Origin: an uncultured Gammaproteobacteria bacterium
GTDB lineage: Bacteria > Pseudomonadota > Gammaproteobacteria > DRJJ01
Length of the DNA: 64,000 nucleotides
Direction of reading: 5' to 3'
NCBI GenBank assembly: GCA_947258795.1
Contig: CAMYJU010000003.1
Location: 141,779-205,778, forward strand
The notes under the pieces are model-generated. The model was given only the letters and a program-made list of their open reading frames with translations. It did not search any database and had not been told where the DNA came from. Each line of letters begins with the position of its first letter. The first letter of the stretch is position 1. The position numbers and the translations under genes are program-made. Of this stretch, positions 38,684 to 49,763 are shown piece by piece.

Positions 38684-39639
38684 ATAACAAAACGACTCTG
38701 CGTCATGACTGGCAGCGTGACCAGATCGAGGCGCTGTTCGAGCTACCGTTTAACGACCTGTTATTCAAGGCGCAGAGCGTGCACCGCCAGTATTTCGATC
38801 CGAACACGGTGCAGATCAGTACTCTGCTCAGTATCAAGACAGGCGGTTGTCCCGAGGATTGCGCCTATTGCTCGCAAAGCGCGCATTACAAAGTCGAACT
38901 GGAGCGCGAAAAACTGTTGCCGCTGGATCAGGTTCTTTCCGAAGCGCAAAAGGCCAGGGCTAACGGCGCGACCCGATTTTGTATGGGTGCTGCCTGGCGC
39001 AGCCCGCCCGGGCGGGATTTTCCGCAGGTGCTGGAAATGGTCGAACAGGTCAAGGCGCTGGGCATGGAAACCTGTATGACCCTGGGCATGCTCGACGATG
39101 AGCAAGCCGGCTTGCTCGGTGACGCGGGTCTGGATTATTACAACCACAACCTCGACACCTCGCCGGATTTTTATGGCGATATCATCACCACGCGCACCTA
39201 TGACGATCGCCTGGATACGCTTGGCCGGGTACGTGATGCCGGTATCAAGCTGTGTTGCGGTGGCATTGTCGGTCTCGGTGAATCGCGCCAGGACCGTGCC
39301 GGTCTGTTACAGCAGCTGGCCAACCTGCCTGAACATCCGGAAAGTGTACCGATCAACATGCTGGTCAAGGTCGAGGGCACACCACTGTCAAATGTTGCGT
39401 CCATCGATGCACTGGAGTTTGTGCGCACCATTGCGGTGGCACGCATATTGATGCCGGAATCGATGGTGCGCCTGTCTGCCGGGCGCACGGAGATGTCCGA
39501 TGAAACCCAGGCACTGTGTTTCTTTGCCGGAGCAAATTCGATCTTTTATGGCGAACACCTGCTCACCACCGATAATCCGGCTGCCAATCACGATCAGCTA
39601 TTATTCAGCAGCCTGGGCATCGAACCCATGTCGCTGTAA
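38680..39639 (+). CDS. bioB: Biotin synthase
   Basis: Radical-SAM motif [21 protein letters not shown] and RLSAGR. Confidence 0.97.
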   Translation: MNNKTTLRHDWQRDQIEALFELPFNDLLFKAQSVHRQYFDPNTVQISTLLSIKTGGCPEDCAYCSQSAHYKVELEREKLLPLDQVLSEAQKARANGATRFCMGAAWRSPPGRDFPQVLEMVEQVKALGMETCMTLGMLDDEQAGLLGDAGLDYYNHNLDTSPDFYGDIITTRTYDDRLDTLGRVRDAGIKLCCGGIVGLGESRQDRAGLLQQLANLPEHPESVPINMLVKVEGTPLSNVASIDALEFVRTIAVARILMPESMVRLSAGRTEMSDETQALCFFAGANSIFYGEHLLTTDNPAANHDQLLFSSLGIEPMSL

Positions 39640-39664
39640 GCACACCTGACCCGTCATATACACG

Positions 39665-40843
39665 ATGAGAGACCTGGCCGAGTTACTGGCGCAACGCCGA
39701 CAGCAACACCTGTACCGCTCGCGTGCGGTCGGCGCATCAGCGCAAGGCCCGGTGATAAGCCGGGACGGTCAGGAGCTGCTGAACTTTTGCAGTAATGACT
39801 ATCTCGGTCTGGCCGCGCATGCACAGGTCTGCGAGGCTATGCACCAGGGTATTGAGCGCTACGGTGCCGGGGCCGGTGCCGCGCACCTGGTCAACGGCCA
39901 CAGCGAGGCCCATCACCGCCTCGAGCAGGAACTGGCCGAATTTGTCGGTCGCCCACGCGCGCTGCTGTTCTCGACCGGTTATATGGCCAACCTGGGTGTG
40001 GTCTCGGCGCTGATGCAACGCGGCGATCGCATTCTGGCCGACCGGCGTAATCATGCATCACTGCTGGACGCGGCCTTGTTGTCCGGTGCGCGCCTGATCC
40101 GTTATGAACATGCCAATGCGGACCATGCCAGGCAGCGTCTCGAAAACACGCAAATGTCAGAAACCCTGATCATGACTGATGGTGTGTTCAGCATGGATGG
40201 TGATATTGCGCCGATACCGGAACTGGCCAGACTGGCACAGCAACACCAGGCCTGGCTGATGGTGGATGATGCCCACGGCATCGGTGTGCTTGGCGAACGC
40301 GGTGCCGGCACGCTGGAACATTTTGGTCTGGATATGCAGCAGGTGCCGATCCTGATGGGGACGCTGGGCAAGGCGCTGGGTGGCTTTGGTGCCTTTGTCG
40401 CCGGTAGTGAAGACCTGATCGAGACCCTGATCCAGTTTGCCAGAAGCTATATATATACCACCGCGACGCCACCGGCGGTTGCCGAGGCGGTGCGTGCGGC
40501 CCTGCGCGTGCTCCACGACGAGCCTGAACGTCGACAGCATCTTCATCGTCTGATTCGTTATCTTCGCGATGGCGCAGCACAGCGTGGCCTGGAGCTGGTC
40601 GACTCCAGCACCCCGATACAGCCATTGCGTGTCGGTGACAGTGAACGCGCCTCGCAACTGGCCGATGCGTTACTACAGCATGGTATCCAGATCAGCGCGA
40701 TACGGCCACCGACGGTTGCGGCCGGTGAGGCCTGTCTGCGGATCACCCTGAGTGCGGCACACACGACGGAACAGGTCGACCATTTGCTCGACACCCTGGC
40801 CAGTCTGCCAGGACTGACAGAGGTCAATGCGCATGTCGGATGA
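39665..40843 (+). CDS. bioF: 8-amino-7-oxononanoate synthase
   Basis: Motifs SNDYLGL, FSMDGD, DDAHG, TLGKA and IRPPTV. Confidence 0.96.
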   Translation: MRDLAELLAQRRQQHLYRSRAVGASAQGPVISRDGQELLNFCSNDYLGLAAHAQVCEAMHQGIERYGAGAGAAHLVNGHSEAHHRLEQELAEFVGRPRALLFSTGYMANLGVVSALMQRGDRILADRRNHASLLDAALLSGARLIRYEHANADHARQRLENTQMSETLIMTDGVFSMDGDIAPIPELARLAQQHQAWLMVDDAHGIGVLGERGAGTLEHFGLDMQQVPILMGTLGKALGGFGAFVAGSEDLIETLIQFARSYIYTTATPPAVAEAVRAALRVLHDEPERRQHLHRLIRYLRDGAAQRGLELVDSSTPIQPLRVGDSERASQLADALLQHGIQISAIRPPTVAAGEACLRITLSAAHTTEQVDHLLDTLASLPGLTEVNAHVG

Positions 40844-41624
40844 AAGGTCAGGTGCAATCCCGGTAGTCTGCCTGCATGGCTGGGCGATGTCTTCCGTGGT
40901 CTGGCAACCATTGTTAGACAAGCTGCCGCTACAGCGATCCGTATCCTGTCCTGATCTGCCCGGGCACGGACTGGCTGCACCGTTAGCGAACATGGATCTG
41001 GACAGTATTGCTGCGCACCTGGCCGCAGGCGTGAAACGTCCGGCAATATGGATAGGCTGGTCGCTGGGTGCGATTATCGCAGTGCATATTGCACGACGCT
41101 ACCCTGATAAGGTCAGCGGCTTGGTATTACTTGCCAATACACCGCGTTTTGTGGCTGACGAAGACTGGCCGTTTGCAGTCGATGAAAAGATATTCAGCGA
41201 TTTTGGTCACGACCTGGCGCAGGATTACGAGCGAACCTTGCGGCGCTTTATGGCCTTGCAGGTACTCGGTACCCGTGCCGGGAACAATATGAAAGCCTGT
41301 ATCAGGCAGTTGCAAAAACGGTTGACACCACCGGACCCGGCAGCGTTGGAACAGGGCCTAAATATCCTGTTGCACACCGATCAGCGTGACGACTATCGCC
41401 AGCTCGATATACCGGTCAGTTGCATACTGGGCGGCAAGGATACCCTGGTACCGGCGGCTGCGGCTAGCGCAATTGACAAGCTGAACGAGCGGATCGAGGT
41501 GCACTGTATCGATGATGCCGGGCATGCACCCTTGTTGTCGCATAGTGAACGGATTGCGCAACTGGTTGAGTCGATGTGTGAAGCGGGTGTTGATGTAAAC
41601 CGTACAGGGGCAGGGCATGGCTGA
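40833..41624 (+). CDS. bioH: Pimeloyl-ACP methyl ester carboxylesterase
   Basis: Motifs LHGW, GWSLG and GHAP, plus bio-operon context. Confidence 0.9.
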   Translation: MSDERSGAIPVVCLHGWAMSSVVWQPLLDKLPLQRSVSCPDLPGHGLAAPLANMDLDSIAAHLAAGVKRPAIWIGWSLGAIIAVHIARRYPDKVSGLVLLANTPRFVADEDWPFAVDEKIFSDFGHDLAQDYERTLRRFMALQVLGTRAGNNMKACIRQLQKRLTPPDPAALEQGLNILLHTDQRDDYRQLDIPVSCILGGKDTLVPAAAASAIDKLNERIEVHCIDDAGHAPLLSHSERIAQLVESMCEAGVDVNRTGAGHG

Positions 41625-42489
41625 TACAATGCAAGTCGATCGAAAACAGGTACAGCGCGCATTTGATCGCGCAGCGACCAGCTATGACCAGGTGGCAGTG
41701 TTGCAAAAGCGCGTGGCACAGCAGTTACTCGAAAGACTGGACTACATACGCCATGAACATGATGCGGTGCTGGACCTGGGTTGTGGTACCGGCCAGTTAA
41801 GTGCGGGTCTGCATAACAAGTTCCCGCTTGCTCAAATCAGTGCGGTTGATATATCGACGGCGATGCTGCGACAGGCGCAACAGCGCTATCGTAAACAGGC
41901 ACCGGTATGGCGCCGCTGGTTCGGTCGTAGCCGGCAGCCGCTGACGATCTGCGCCCAGGCTGAACTGCTGCCGTTACGCAGCAGCAGCTATGACAGTGTC
42001 CTGTCCAACCTGACCTTGCAGTGGTGTCCCGGCTTGATGCAGGTGTTTGGCGAATTACGACGCGTACTTAAACCGGGCGGCCTGCTGATGTTCTCGACCT
42101 TCGGCCCGGATACGCTGAAGGAGCTGCGTAACAGCTGGGCTGGCGTCGACAGCAATCCGCGCGTTAACGAGTTTCTGGATATGCACGATGTCGGTGATGC
42201 ATTGCTGGCATGCGGTTTCGAAAACCCGGTCATGGATATGGAACAGGTCACACTGACCTACACATCGGTGATGGACCTGATGCGGGACCTGCAGGGGCTG
42301 GGGGCCACCAATGCACATCCTCAGCGCATGCGGGGTCTGACCGGTAAACAGCAACTGGCCGCAATGATCGATGCATACGAGGCCTATCGTCAGCCGGATG
42401 GACTACCGGCCAGCTATGAAGTGGTGTTTGGTCATGCCTGGCTGCCTGAGGATGCTGACCAGACGGTGACGGTTGATTTCATCAAGTAG
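41617..42489 (+). CDS. bioC: Malonyl-ACP O-methyltransferase
   Basis: Motifs LDLGCGTG, SNLTLQW, FSTFGPDTL and DMHDVGD. Confidence 0.95.
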   Translation: MADTMQVDRKQVQRAFDRAATSYDQVAVLQKRVAQQLLERLDYIRHEHDAVLDLGCGTGQLSAGLHNKFPLAQISAVDISTAMLRQAQQRYRKQAPVWRRWFGRSRQPLTICAQAELLPLRSSSYDSVLSNLTLQWCPGLMQVFGELRRVLKPGGLLMFSTFGPDTLKELRNSWAGVDSNPRVNEFLDMHDVGDALLACGFENPVMDMEQVTLTYTSVMDLMRDLQGLGATNAHPQRMRGLTGKQQLAAMIDAYEAYRQPDGLPASYEVVFGHAWLPEDADQTVTVDFIK

Positions 42490-42499
42490 GGTTCCGGCA

Positions 42500-43186
42500 A
42501 TGACGCGCAGAATATTCATTACAGGTACCGATACCGGCATAGGCAAAACCCTGGTCGGTCAGTTACTGGTTGAGACGCTGGTCGAGCGCGGGCAACGTGT
42601 CGCGGTGATGAAACCGGTAGCAAGTGGTGCGACAGTGCAGCAGGGTGAGCTGCAAAATGAGGATGCACAAATCCTGCGCCAGGCATCGAATGTCGACGCG
42701 GCCTATGAACGGATTAACCCGTACTGTTTCGAACCGGCTATTGCACCACATATTGCCGCACACGAAGCCAAGGTCGATATTGATCTGCACAACATTGCTG
42801 AGCATGCGGCACAACTGTCCGGGCAAGCCGACTGGTTGATTGTCGAAGGTGTCGGCGGGGTGATGGTGCCGCTGGATCAGCAACACGATGTGCGTAATCT
42901 GATCGAAATCCTGGATTGTGAAGTACTGTTAGTGGTGGGCATGCGACTGGGCTGTATCAATCATGCACGCATGAGTGAGCAGGTGCTGCAAAACGCCGGC
43001 TTTGACTGTGTGGGCTGGATAGGTAATTGCATCGATAAAGATATGCTAAAACTACAGGAAAATCTGGATACCCTGCGTCGCAGTCTGGCCATGCCGGCAC
43101 TGGGGGTATTGCCATTTCTGGCTGCCAATACCGCTGAAATCCGGCCTGAGATGTCAAAAATAATCGAAAATATATTAGATAGTTAG
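42500..43186 (+). CDS. bioD: Dethiobiotin synthase
   Basis: Motifs TGTDTGIGKT, MKPVASG, VEGVGG and LGCINHA. Confidence 0.95.
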   Translation: MTRRIFITGTDTGIGKTLVGQLLVETLVERGQRVAVMKPVASGATVQQGELQNEDAQILRQASNVDAAYERINPYCFEPAIAPHIAAHEAKVDIDLHNIAEHAAQLSGQADWLIVEGVGGVMVPLDQQHDVRNLIEILDCEVLLVVGMRLGCINHARMSEQVLQNAGFDCVGWIGNCIDKDMLKLQENLDTLRRSLAMPALGVLPFLAANTAEIRPEMSKIIENILDS

Positions 43187-43405
43187 CATATTCAATAATA
43201 AAGCTTCTCTTAATAAATAATCTCGCGGTAATTTCAATTATTTTATTATTGAATAAGTCATAACTGACTAAAATACTTAGTATTAATAGACGTTTGATAT
43301 ATAAGGCTTTTAATAATTACAATATTATAACTATCTAATATTAAAACAATTATTGGCGCTATATCACGAATTTTTATTGCATTTGAATCCTTGACTACGT
43401 TACGA

Positions 43406-43422
43406 TGCGGCGCAATGTCGCA
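43406..43422 (+). promoter_or_regulatory. RegA/PrrA/RoxR-type box upstream of coxB
   Basis: TGCGGC-GCAAT-GTCGCA matches GCGGC-N5-GTCGC and abuts a putative promoter (TTGCAT 43377, TACGAT 43401). Confidence 0.55.
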
Positions 43423-43576
43423 GGGACCCTAGTGGGTAGCGAACCAGAAAAAACTCGTCAGGTATGACCAGAATTAAAAAAAGGCTGGCTGATAAGCACA
43501 TAACAGGACCAGTCTTGAGTAAATTTATAATTACAAATTGATGACTATAAAAACTGTTGCGAGGAGTGAGCACGTT

Positions 43577-44728
43577 ATGAAGTTACCCTTCGAGAGGAAG
43601 ACACACGCCATCAGTGCGTTTTTGCTGATGCTGGTGTCGGGGTCTGCTCTGGCCGATTACAAGCTTAATTTCCAGGAGCCTGTAAATCAGTTGGGGCAAG
43701 AGATCTTTGATTTACATATGTTGGTATTCTGGATTTGTGTAGGAATTGCGTTAGTTGTATTTTCCGTGATGTTCTACTCAATGATTGCACATCGTAAGTC
43801 CAAGGGTGCAGTTGCCGCAGACTTCCACGAAAATACCACGGTCGAGGTTATCTGGACCATTATCCCGTTTATTATTCTGATCTCGGTTGCAATCCCTGCA
43901 ACTTCAACACTGATCAAGATCGAAGACACCGGTGATGCCGATATCACTATCAAGGTTACCGGTCTGCAGTGGAAATGGAAATATGAATATGACGCGGATG
44001 GCACCCCGGTATCATTCATCAGCTCGTTACATCCTGATCATAACAAGGCGAGAGCGGTTGATTCCGGTATCGATGTCACCAAGATCGAAAACTATCTGCT
44101 TGAAGTTGACAACATGATGGTTGTTCCGGTGAACAAGAAGATCCGGCTGTTGGTAACCTCGGATGATGTGATTCACTCCTGGTGGGTACCGCAGTTCGCG
44201 ACAAAGAAAGATGCGATTCCGGGTTATGTAAATGAAACCTGGACCTCAGTCGACAAGCCAGGTATCTATCGCGGTCAATGTACAGAACTCTGCGGTAAGG
44301 ATCATGCCTTTATGCCGATCGTCGTCAAGGCAGTTGAGGAAAACGAATACAATGCCTGGTTGGCTGCGAAGAAGACGGAAGCAGTTGCAGCAGCGGCAGA
44401 GGCAGCGGCTGACAAGGTATGGAGCAAGGATGAACTGGTCGCCAGAGGCCAGGAGATCTATATGGGCAAGGGAGGTTGCTTTGGATGTCATGGTGCTAAC
44501 GGTGAAGGGGTGGCCACATTCCCGAAACTGGCTGGCAGTGCAATTACAATCGGACCGGATGCAGCCCATATCGACGTAGTCGTGAATGGCAAGCCTGGGA
44601 CCGCAATGGCGGCCTATGGCAACCAGCTTAATGATCTGGAGCTGGCAGCTGTGATCACTTATGAACGTAATGCATGGGGCAACGCTGCTTCCGTGGTTCA
44701 GCCAGCTGATATCAAAGCGGCACGCTGA
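43577..44728 (+). CDS. coxB: Cytochrome c oxidase subunit II with fused C-terminal cytochrome c
   Basis: CuA ligands HSWW and CTELCGKDHAFM, plus heme motif CFGCH. Confidence 0.96.
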   Translation: MKLPFERKTHAISAFLLMLVSGSALADYKLNFQEPVNQLGQEIFDLHMLVFWICVGIALVVFSVMFYSMIAHRKSKGAVAADFHENTTVEVIWTIIPFIILISVAIPATSTLIKIEDTGDADITIKVTGLQWKWKYEYDADGTPVSFISSLHPDHNKARAVDSGIDVTKIENYLLEVDNMMVVPVNKKIRLLVTSDDVIHSWWVPQFATKKDAIPGYVNETWTSVDKPGIYRGQCTELCGKDHAFMPIVVKAVEENEYNAWLAAKKTEAVAAAAEAAADKVWSKDELVARGQEIYMGKGGCFGCHGANGEGVATFPKLAGSAITIGPDAAHIDVVVNGKPGTAMAAYGNQLNDLELAAVITYERNAWGNAASVVQPADIKAAR

Positions 44729-44748
44729 AGTCGTTAGGAGAGAGATAA

Positions 44749-46332
44749 ATGACTGCAACAACACACGAAGAACATCACGACGAGATTCCAACCGGGATCA
44801 AACGCTGGCTGTTTACAACAAACCATAAGGACATTGGCACAATGTACCTGTGGTTCTCATTCATCATGTTACTGATTGGTGGCCTGTTCGCACTGGTTAT
44901 ACGTGCGGAACTGTTCCAGCCTGGCATGCAGGTGGTTGATCCTAACTTCTTCAACATGATGACCACGCTTCATGGACTGGTCATGGTATTTGGTGCCATC
45001 ATGCCGGCCTTTGTCGGTCTGGCAAACTGGCAAATACCGTTGATGGTCGGTGCACCTGATATGGCACTGCCACGTATGAATAACTGGAGCTTCTGGATAC
45101 TGCCTTTTGCCGGTTTCATGCTGCTTGCTCCAATGTTCGTTGGTGGTAACTTTGCTTCAGGTCAGGGTCCTGCATTTGGCTGGACATTCTACGAACCACT
45201 ATCAGGTCAGTATGACAAGCTGGTGTTCTTCGTATTCGCAGTTCACCTGCTGGGTTTCTCGTCTATCATGGGTTCGATCAACATCATCGCAACCATTTTA
45301 AACATGCGTGCCCCAGGCATGACATTGATGAAAATGCCGATGTTTGTATGGACCTGGCTGATCACCGCATTTCTGCTGATCGCGGTTATGCCTGTACTGG
45401 CTGGTGTAGTCACCATGATGCTGACTGACAAGTACTTCGGTACCAGCTTCTTTGATGCGGCCGGTGGTGGCGACCCGGTGCTGTTCCAGCACGTATTCTG
45501 GTTCTTCGGTCACCCGGAAGTGTACATCATGATCCTGCCTGCATTCGGTGTGGTCTCTGAAATCATTCCAACCTTCGCACGCAAGAAGCTGTTTGGCTAT
45601 GCCTCCATGGTTTACGCTACCGCTTCGATCGCCTTCCTGTCATTCATCGTATGGGCGCACCATATGTTTACAGTGGGTATGCCGGTCGCTGGTGAGTTGT
45701 ACTTCATGTACGCAACCGTACTGATCGCAGTACCGACCGGGGTCAAGGTGTTTAACTGGATATCCACCATGTATAGGGGTTCGATGACGTATGAAATCCC
45801 GATGTTGTGGGCCCTGTGTTTCGTGATTCTGTTTACGATCGGTGGTTTTTCAGGGTTGATGCTGGGTGTTGCACCGGCTGACTTCCAGTATCACGACACC
45901 TACTTTGTGGTAGCGCACTTCCACTACGTACTGGTATCCGGGTCCCTGTTTGGACTGTTTGCAGGGGTTTACTACTGGCTGCCGAAGTGGACCGGCAACA
46001 TGTATAGCAACGGCCTGGCTCAGTTGCATTTCTGGTTGTCTACGATTGCGATGAATCTTACCTTCTTCCCGATGCATTTCACCGGGCTGGCAGGTATGCC
46101 GCGTCGTTATGCAGACTATCCGTTACAGTTCACGGAGTTCAATGTAATGTCTTCGGTTGGCGCATTCATGTTCGGTTTCTCTCAGTTGATCTTCCTGTGG
46201 CTGGTCATCAAGACCATCAAGGGTGGAGAGAAGGCAACGGACAGGGTGTGGGAAGGCTCACATGGTCTGGAATGGACAATTCCTTCTCCAGCGCCATATC
46301 ATAGCTTTACAACCGCACCGGAAGTGAAGTAA
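44749..46332 (+). CDS. coxA: Cytochrome c oxidase subunit I (A1 type)
   Basis: Motifs TTNHKDIG, WFFGHPEVY, VWAHH and AHFHY. Confidence 0.98.
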   Translation: MTATTHEEHHDEIPTGIKRWLFTTNHKDIGTMYLWFSFIMLLIGGLFALVIRAELFQPGMQVVDPNFFNMMTTLHGLVMVFGAIMPAFVGLANWQIPLMVGAPDMALPRMNNWSFWILPFAGFMLLAPMFVGGNFASGQGPAFGWTFYEPLSGQYDKLVFFVFAVHLLGFSSIMGSINIIATILNMRAPGMTLMKMPMFVWTWLITAFLLIAVMPVLAGVVTMMLTDKYFGTSFFDAAGGGDPVLFQHVFWFFGHPEVYIMILPAFGVVSEIIPTFARKKLFGYASMVYATASIAFLSFIVWAHHMFTVGMPVAGELYFMYATVLIAVPTGVKVFNWISTMYRGSMTYEIPMLWALCFVILFTIGGFSGLMLGVAPADFQYHDTYFVVAHFHYVLVSGSLFGLFAGVYYWLPKWTGNMYSNGLAQLHFWLSTIAMNLTFFPMHFTGLAGMPRRYADYPLQFTEFNVMSSVGAFMFGFSQLIFLWLVIKTIKGGEKATDRVWEGSHGLEWTIPSPAPYHSFTTAPEVK

Positions 46333-46344
46333 GGGAGATTATCA

Positions 46345-46365
46345 GGTGGGGTCTTGTACCCCACC
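46345..46365 (+). terminator. Intercistronic hairpin after coxA
   Basis: ggtggggt-cttgt-accccacc with no strong U-tract. Confidence 0.4.
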
Positions 46366-46390
46366 GCTTCCTGAACAATGGTCCAGATGT

Positions 46391-46507
46391 ATGAATGAAG
46401 TAAGCCAAGAGCAGAAAGACAAGGCAAAACGCACCGCGCTGATACTTGCTATCCTGGCGGCATCATTTTTTATAAGCATTATTGTGATGACAGGGATGGG
46501 TGAATGA
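46391..46507 (+). CDS. 38-aa single-TM cytochrome oxidase small assembly-type protein
   Basis: Read by hand (MNEVSQEQKDKAKRTALILAILAASFFISIIVMTGMGE), with an ATGA overlap with ctaG. Confidence 0.65.
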   Translation: MNEVSQEQKDKAKRTALILAILAASFFISIIVMTGMGE

Positions 46508-47064
46508 AAGACCTGACCAGTGCCAATCGCAGGGTGGTATTCAAGACGGTTGCCGTTACACTGATGATGTTTGGGTTTGGTTTTGCTCTAGTACCTTTGT
46601 ACTCACTGGTCTGTCAGGCATTTGGTCTGAATGGTCAGACCCAGCGTATTACAGAAACCACGCTACTACAGATGCCGGTCGACAAGACGCGCAAGATCAC
46701 GGTAAGAATGGACGCCAATACCAATACGCGTTTACCCTGGCAGTTTCAGGCAAATCAGCGTGAAGTGAGTATACATCCGGGTGAGATGACGCGCGTATCC
46801 TATAGCGCCCGTAACCTGTCAGGATCGGATGTAACCGGTCAGGCGATTTACAGCGTGACCCCGAACGAAGCGGCAATGTATTTCAAGAAAACAGACTGTT
46901 TCTGTTTCAAGCGGCAATTGCTGAAGTCGGGTGAGGAAAAAGAGATGCCGGTGGTGTTTGTGGTTGACAAGGATCTGCCTGCCGACATTACGAATATTGT
47001 TTTGTCCTATACATTTATGCGCGCTGACAAGTATGTCAGCAAGGGCGAAACGGCAACTAACTAG
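46504..47064 (+). CDS. ctaG: Cytochrome c oxidase copper chaperone CtaG/Cox11
   Basis: Motifs FGFALVPLY..C and CFCF. Confidence 0.95.
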   Translation: MKDLTSANRRVVFKTVAVTLMMFGFGFALVPLYSLVCQAFGLNGQTQRITETTLLQMPVDKTRKITVRMDANTNTRLPWQFQANQREVSIHPGEMTRVSYSARNLSGSDVTGQAIYSVTPNEAAMYFKKTDCFCFKRQLLKSGEEKEMPVVFVVDKDLPADITNIVLSYTFMRADKYVSKGETATN

Positions 47065-47114
47065 TAATTCAAGTAATAGCAAATATAAATATATAGAAAG
47101 AAGGAGAGGGGCAC

Positions 47115-47978
47115 ATGTCACAAGCAGCAGGTGGATATTATCTACCAGAACCGAGCAAATGGCCGATTATTGGCTCCATTGGTCTGTTCCTGATGACAGG
47201 CGGATTTGGCCTGTATCTGATGGGTATGAGCATGATCACGATGTACATTGGCATGGCAGTACTGGTTTACATGCTGTTTGGCTGGTTCGGTACGGTGATC
47301 AAAGAAAGTGAAGGCGGTCTGTACAATGACCAGGTTGATATGTCCTTCCGCATGAGTATGGGTTGGTTCATATTCTCGGAAGTGATGTTCTTTGCGGCCT
47401 TTTTCGGCGCACTTTACTACATCCGCGTATTTGCCGATCCATGGCTTGGTGGAGCAGGCAACAACCTGATGACACACGACTGGTTATATCCAGAGTACAC
47501 TTCGACCTGGCCAACCAATGGTCCTGGTAACGTCGGTGGTGACTTCCAGACTATGGGTGCATGGGGTATCCCCGCAATCAACACTCTGATCCTGTTAACT
47601 TCAGGTGCGACCGTTACCTGGGCGCACTGGGGTCTGAAGAAGGATAACCGTTCTCAGCTTATACTGGGTTTGTTCCTGACCGTCGCACTAGGCTTCCTGT
47701 TCGTTGGTTTTCAGGCCTATGAGTATATTCATGCCTACAACGACTTGAACCTGAAACTGACCTCTGGCGTGTATGGTTCTACATTCTATATGTTGACCGG
47801 CTTCCATGGCCTGCATGTGACCATCGGTGCGATCATGTTGCTGGTCATGCTGTTCCGCAGCATGAAGGGACATTTCACGCATGAGAATCATTTTGCATTT
47901 GAGGCGGCGGCCTGGTACTGGCACTTCGTTGATGTAGTCTGGCTGGGTCTGTTTATCTTTGTCTACTGGCTTGTATAA
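47115..47978 (+). CDS. coxC: Cytochrome c oxidase subunit III
   Basis: Motifs FIFSEVMFF, TGFHGLHV and WYWHFVD. Confidence 0.97.
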   Translation: MSQAAGGYYLPEPSKWPIIGSIGLFLMTGGFGLYLMGMSMITMYIGMAVLVYMLFGWFGTVIKESEGGLYNDQVDMSFRMSMGWFIFSEVMFFAAFFGALYYIRVFADPWLGGAGNNLMTHDWLYPEYTSTWPTNGPGNVGGDFQTMGAWGIPAINTLILLTSGATVTWAHWGLKKDNRSQLILGLFLTVALGFLFVGFQAYEYIHAYNDLNLKLTSGVYGSTFYMLTGFHGLHVTIGAIMLLVMLFRSMKGHFTHENHFAFEAAAWYWHFVDVVWLGLFIFVYWLV

Positions 47979-47997
47979 CAGCCGGCATCATGGCGAG

Positions 47998-48027
47998 AAA
48001 GCGCCGCTCTAGCGGCGCTTTTTTTTT
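47998..48027 (+). terminator. Rho-independent terminator (likely bidirectional)
   Basis: aaagcgccgct-ct-agcggcgcttt followed by a T-run. Confidence 0.85.
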
Positions 48028-48098
48028 ACACATGGATGTGTTTATGCCGCGGAGGCCAAGCTAAGTACAGGTTTGCTATAGCAACAACAAACCGCTAG

Positions 48099-48305
48099 CT
48101 ACCCCATCACCCCATGTGGCTCGATCAGGCCAACCTGGGCACCGACGAGCAGCAGGACAAACAGGAACAGAGAAATACCGATACGCCAGGTCAATGCACG
48201 CACTACGCGGTCGCTCTGGCCCTTGTCTTTCATCATATAATAGAGACCAGAACCGAGCGAAAACACGACACTGGCCAGAAACAGGACAACGAGTAATTTA
48301 AACAT
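48099..48305 (-). CDS. Twin-TM small protein (DUF2909-like)
   Basis: 'SLGSGLYYM.KD....V.ALT.RIG.S..LF...G.I.PH' in its typical antisense position within cox clusters. Confidence 0.85.
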   Translation of the reverse strand: MFKLLVVLFLASVVFSLGSGLYYMMKDKGQSDRVVRALTWRIGISLFLFVLLLVGAQVGLIEPHGVMG

Positions 48306-48341
48306 CTGTAGTACCGATAGTAGCTGAACTTATATATTACC

Positions 48342-49079
48342 ATGCAGATAGGCCCTTATCATTTCAAACCCGGGATAATCCCGACCCTGGCACTGATCCT
48401 GGTCATGCCGCTGTTGATTTCACTCGGATTCTGGCAGCTGGATCGTTATCAGATCAAAGTCGGTCTGGTCGAGGAGCATGCCCAAAACCGGGCCAGGCCT
48501 GTTGTCGAGGTCAGCAGCCGTGAACAAATAGATGGGCTGGGCCGGGCCCGGGCGGTCAGCCTGAGCGGTGAATTTGACCAGCAACGCCACATATTGCTGA
48601 TTAACCGAAAACATGCTGGTAGACCCGGTTTTGATGTGTATACTCCGTTCAGGCTCGAAAGCGGTGATAGCGTACTGGTTACACGTGGCTGGCTACCCGA
48701 TTTGACCGGCAGAGACTACATACCAGAAGTACCGGTTACAGCGGGTAAGATTCGCTTAGAGGCGCTGATTAATACACCACCGAGCATTGGCATCAAGGTC
48801 GGGGACAGCCCACAGGTCGGTGACCTGGGCTGGCCACGCAAGGTTTTTTATGTCGATATGGCGTGGTTGGGTAAGGAGTTGCAGCTCGAACTGCCGCAGT
48901 ACACCATTTTACAAGTGAGTCCGGAAGAGCCGGCCTATATACGCAATTGGGAAGAACATTTTAAAAAACCGGGTGGTATACCGGCCGAAAGACACATGAG
49001 TTATGCCGTACAATGGTTTGCTCTGTGTCTGGCGGTAGTGGTCATCTACCTGGTAGTTAACCTGAAAAGGATTAAATAG
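48342..49079 (+). CDS. SURF1-family oxidase assembly protein
   Basis: Motifs LGFWQLDR, RGW and HMSYAVQWF. Confidence 0.92.
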   Translation: MQIGPYHFKPGIIPTLALILVMPLLISLGFWQLDRYQIKVGLVEEHAQNRARPVVEVSSREQIDGLGRARAVSLSGEFDQQRHILLINRKHAGRPGFDVYTPFRLESGDSVLVTRGWLPDLTGRDYIPEVPVTAGKIRLEALINTPPSIGIKVGDSPQVGDLGWPRKVFYVDMAWLGKELQLELPQYTILQVSPEEPAYIRNWEEHFKKPGGIPAERHMSYAVQWFALCLAVVVIYLVVNLKRIK

Positions 49080-49081
49080 TA

Positions 49082-49705
49082 GTGATGAATAAACGCTTGC
49101 AGGCTGTTGTTGTTATGTTGCTTTTTGCCGCACCGATGGTAGGTGCATGGGTTATGTTCAAGTACTATCCTCACCTGCTTTCCAGTATGGGCAAATCCAA
49201 CTATGGTGAGTTTGTCTACCCGGTCAGGCAGATGAGCATGGCCAAGCTGGAAGATTATCAGGGTAGACAGTTTGACCGGGAGATCATCAGGAATCACTGG
49301 GTCATGCTCTATATTGACAAACCAGACTGTAATCAGGACTGTCGTAACAACCTGGACAAGATACGCCAGGTCCGCCTCGCACAAGGTAAAGAGATGGGCA
49401 GGGTCAAGACCATGTTTGTGATAGCCGGTGATGGTGATATCAGTCATCTGTCAGAATACCTGAGTACACAGGCCAATATGATCGTTGCAAGATTAGGGGA
49501 CCAGAATCGTGCAGACTGGTTAAAGGTGTTTACCCAGGAAGATGGGAGTAGTCCGATTGATACTCGACGTGTTTACTTTGTTGATCCACTGGGTCAGTTG
49601 ATGATGTATCACGATCTGAATAATGAATCCGGTAATATGGAACAAACAAGCGGTATGCTCAAGGATCTTAAAAAGCTCTTGCATAATAGCAAGGCCACCA
49701 GCTAG
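49082..49705 (+). CDS. SCO/thioredoxin-fold-like oxidase-cluster membrane protein
   Basis: N-terminal TM, NYGE, CxxxC (CNQDC), DPLG.LMM.Y and KDLKKLL. Confidence 0.78.
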   Translation: MMNKRLQAVVVMLLFAAPMVGAWVMFKYYPHLLSSMGKSNYGEFVYPVRQMSMAKLEDYQGRQFDREIIRNHWVMLYIDKPDCNQDCRNNLDKIRQVRLAQGKEMGRVKTMFVIAGDGDISHLSEYLSTQANMIVARLGDQNRADWLKVFTQEDGSSPIDTRRVYFVDPLGQLMMYHDLNNESGNMEQTSGMLKDLKKLLHNSKATS

Positions 49706-49763
49706 CGTTATGACAGGGCAGTACCAACATTCGACTCTAAATATCACAGGCCGGTAGCAGAAT

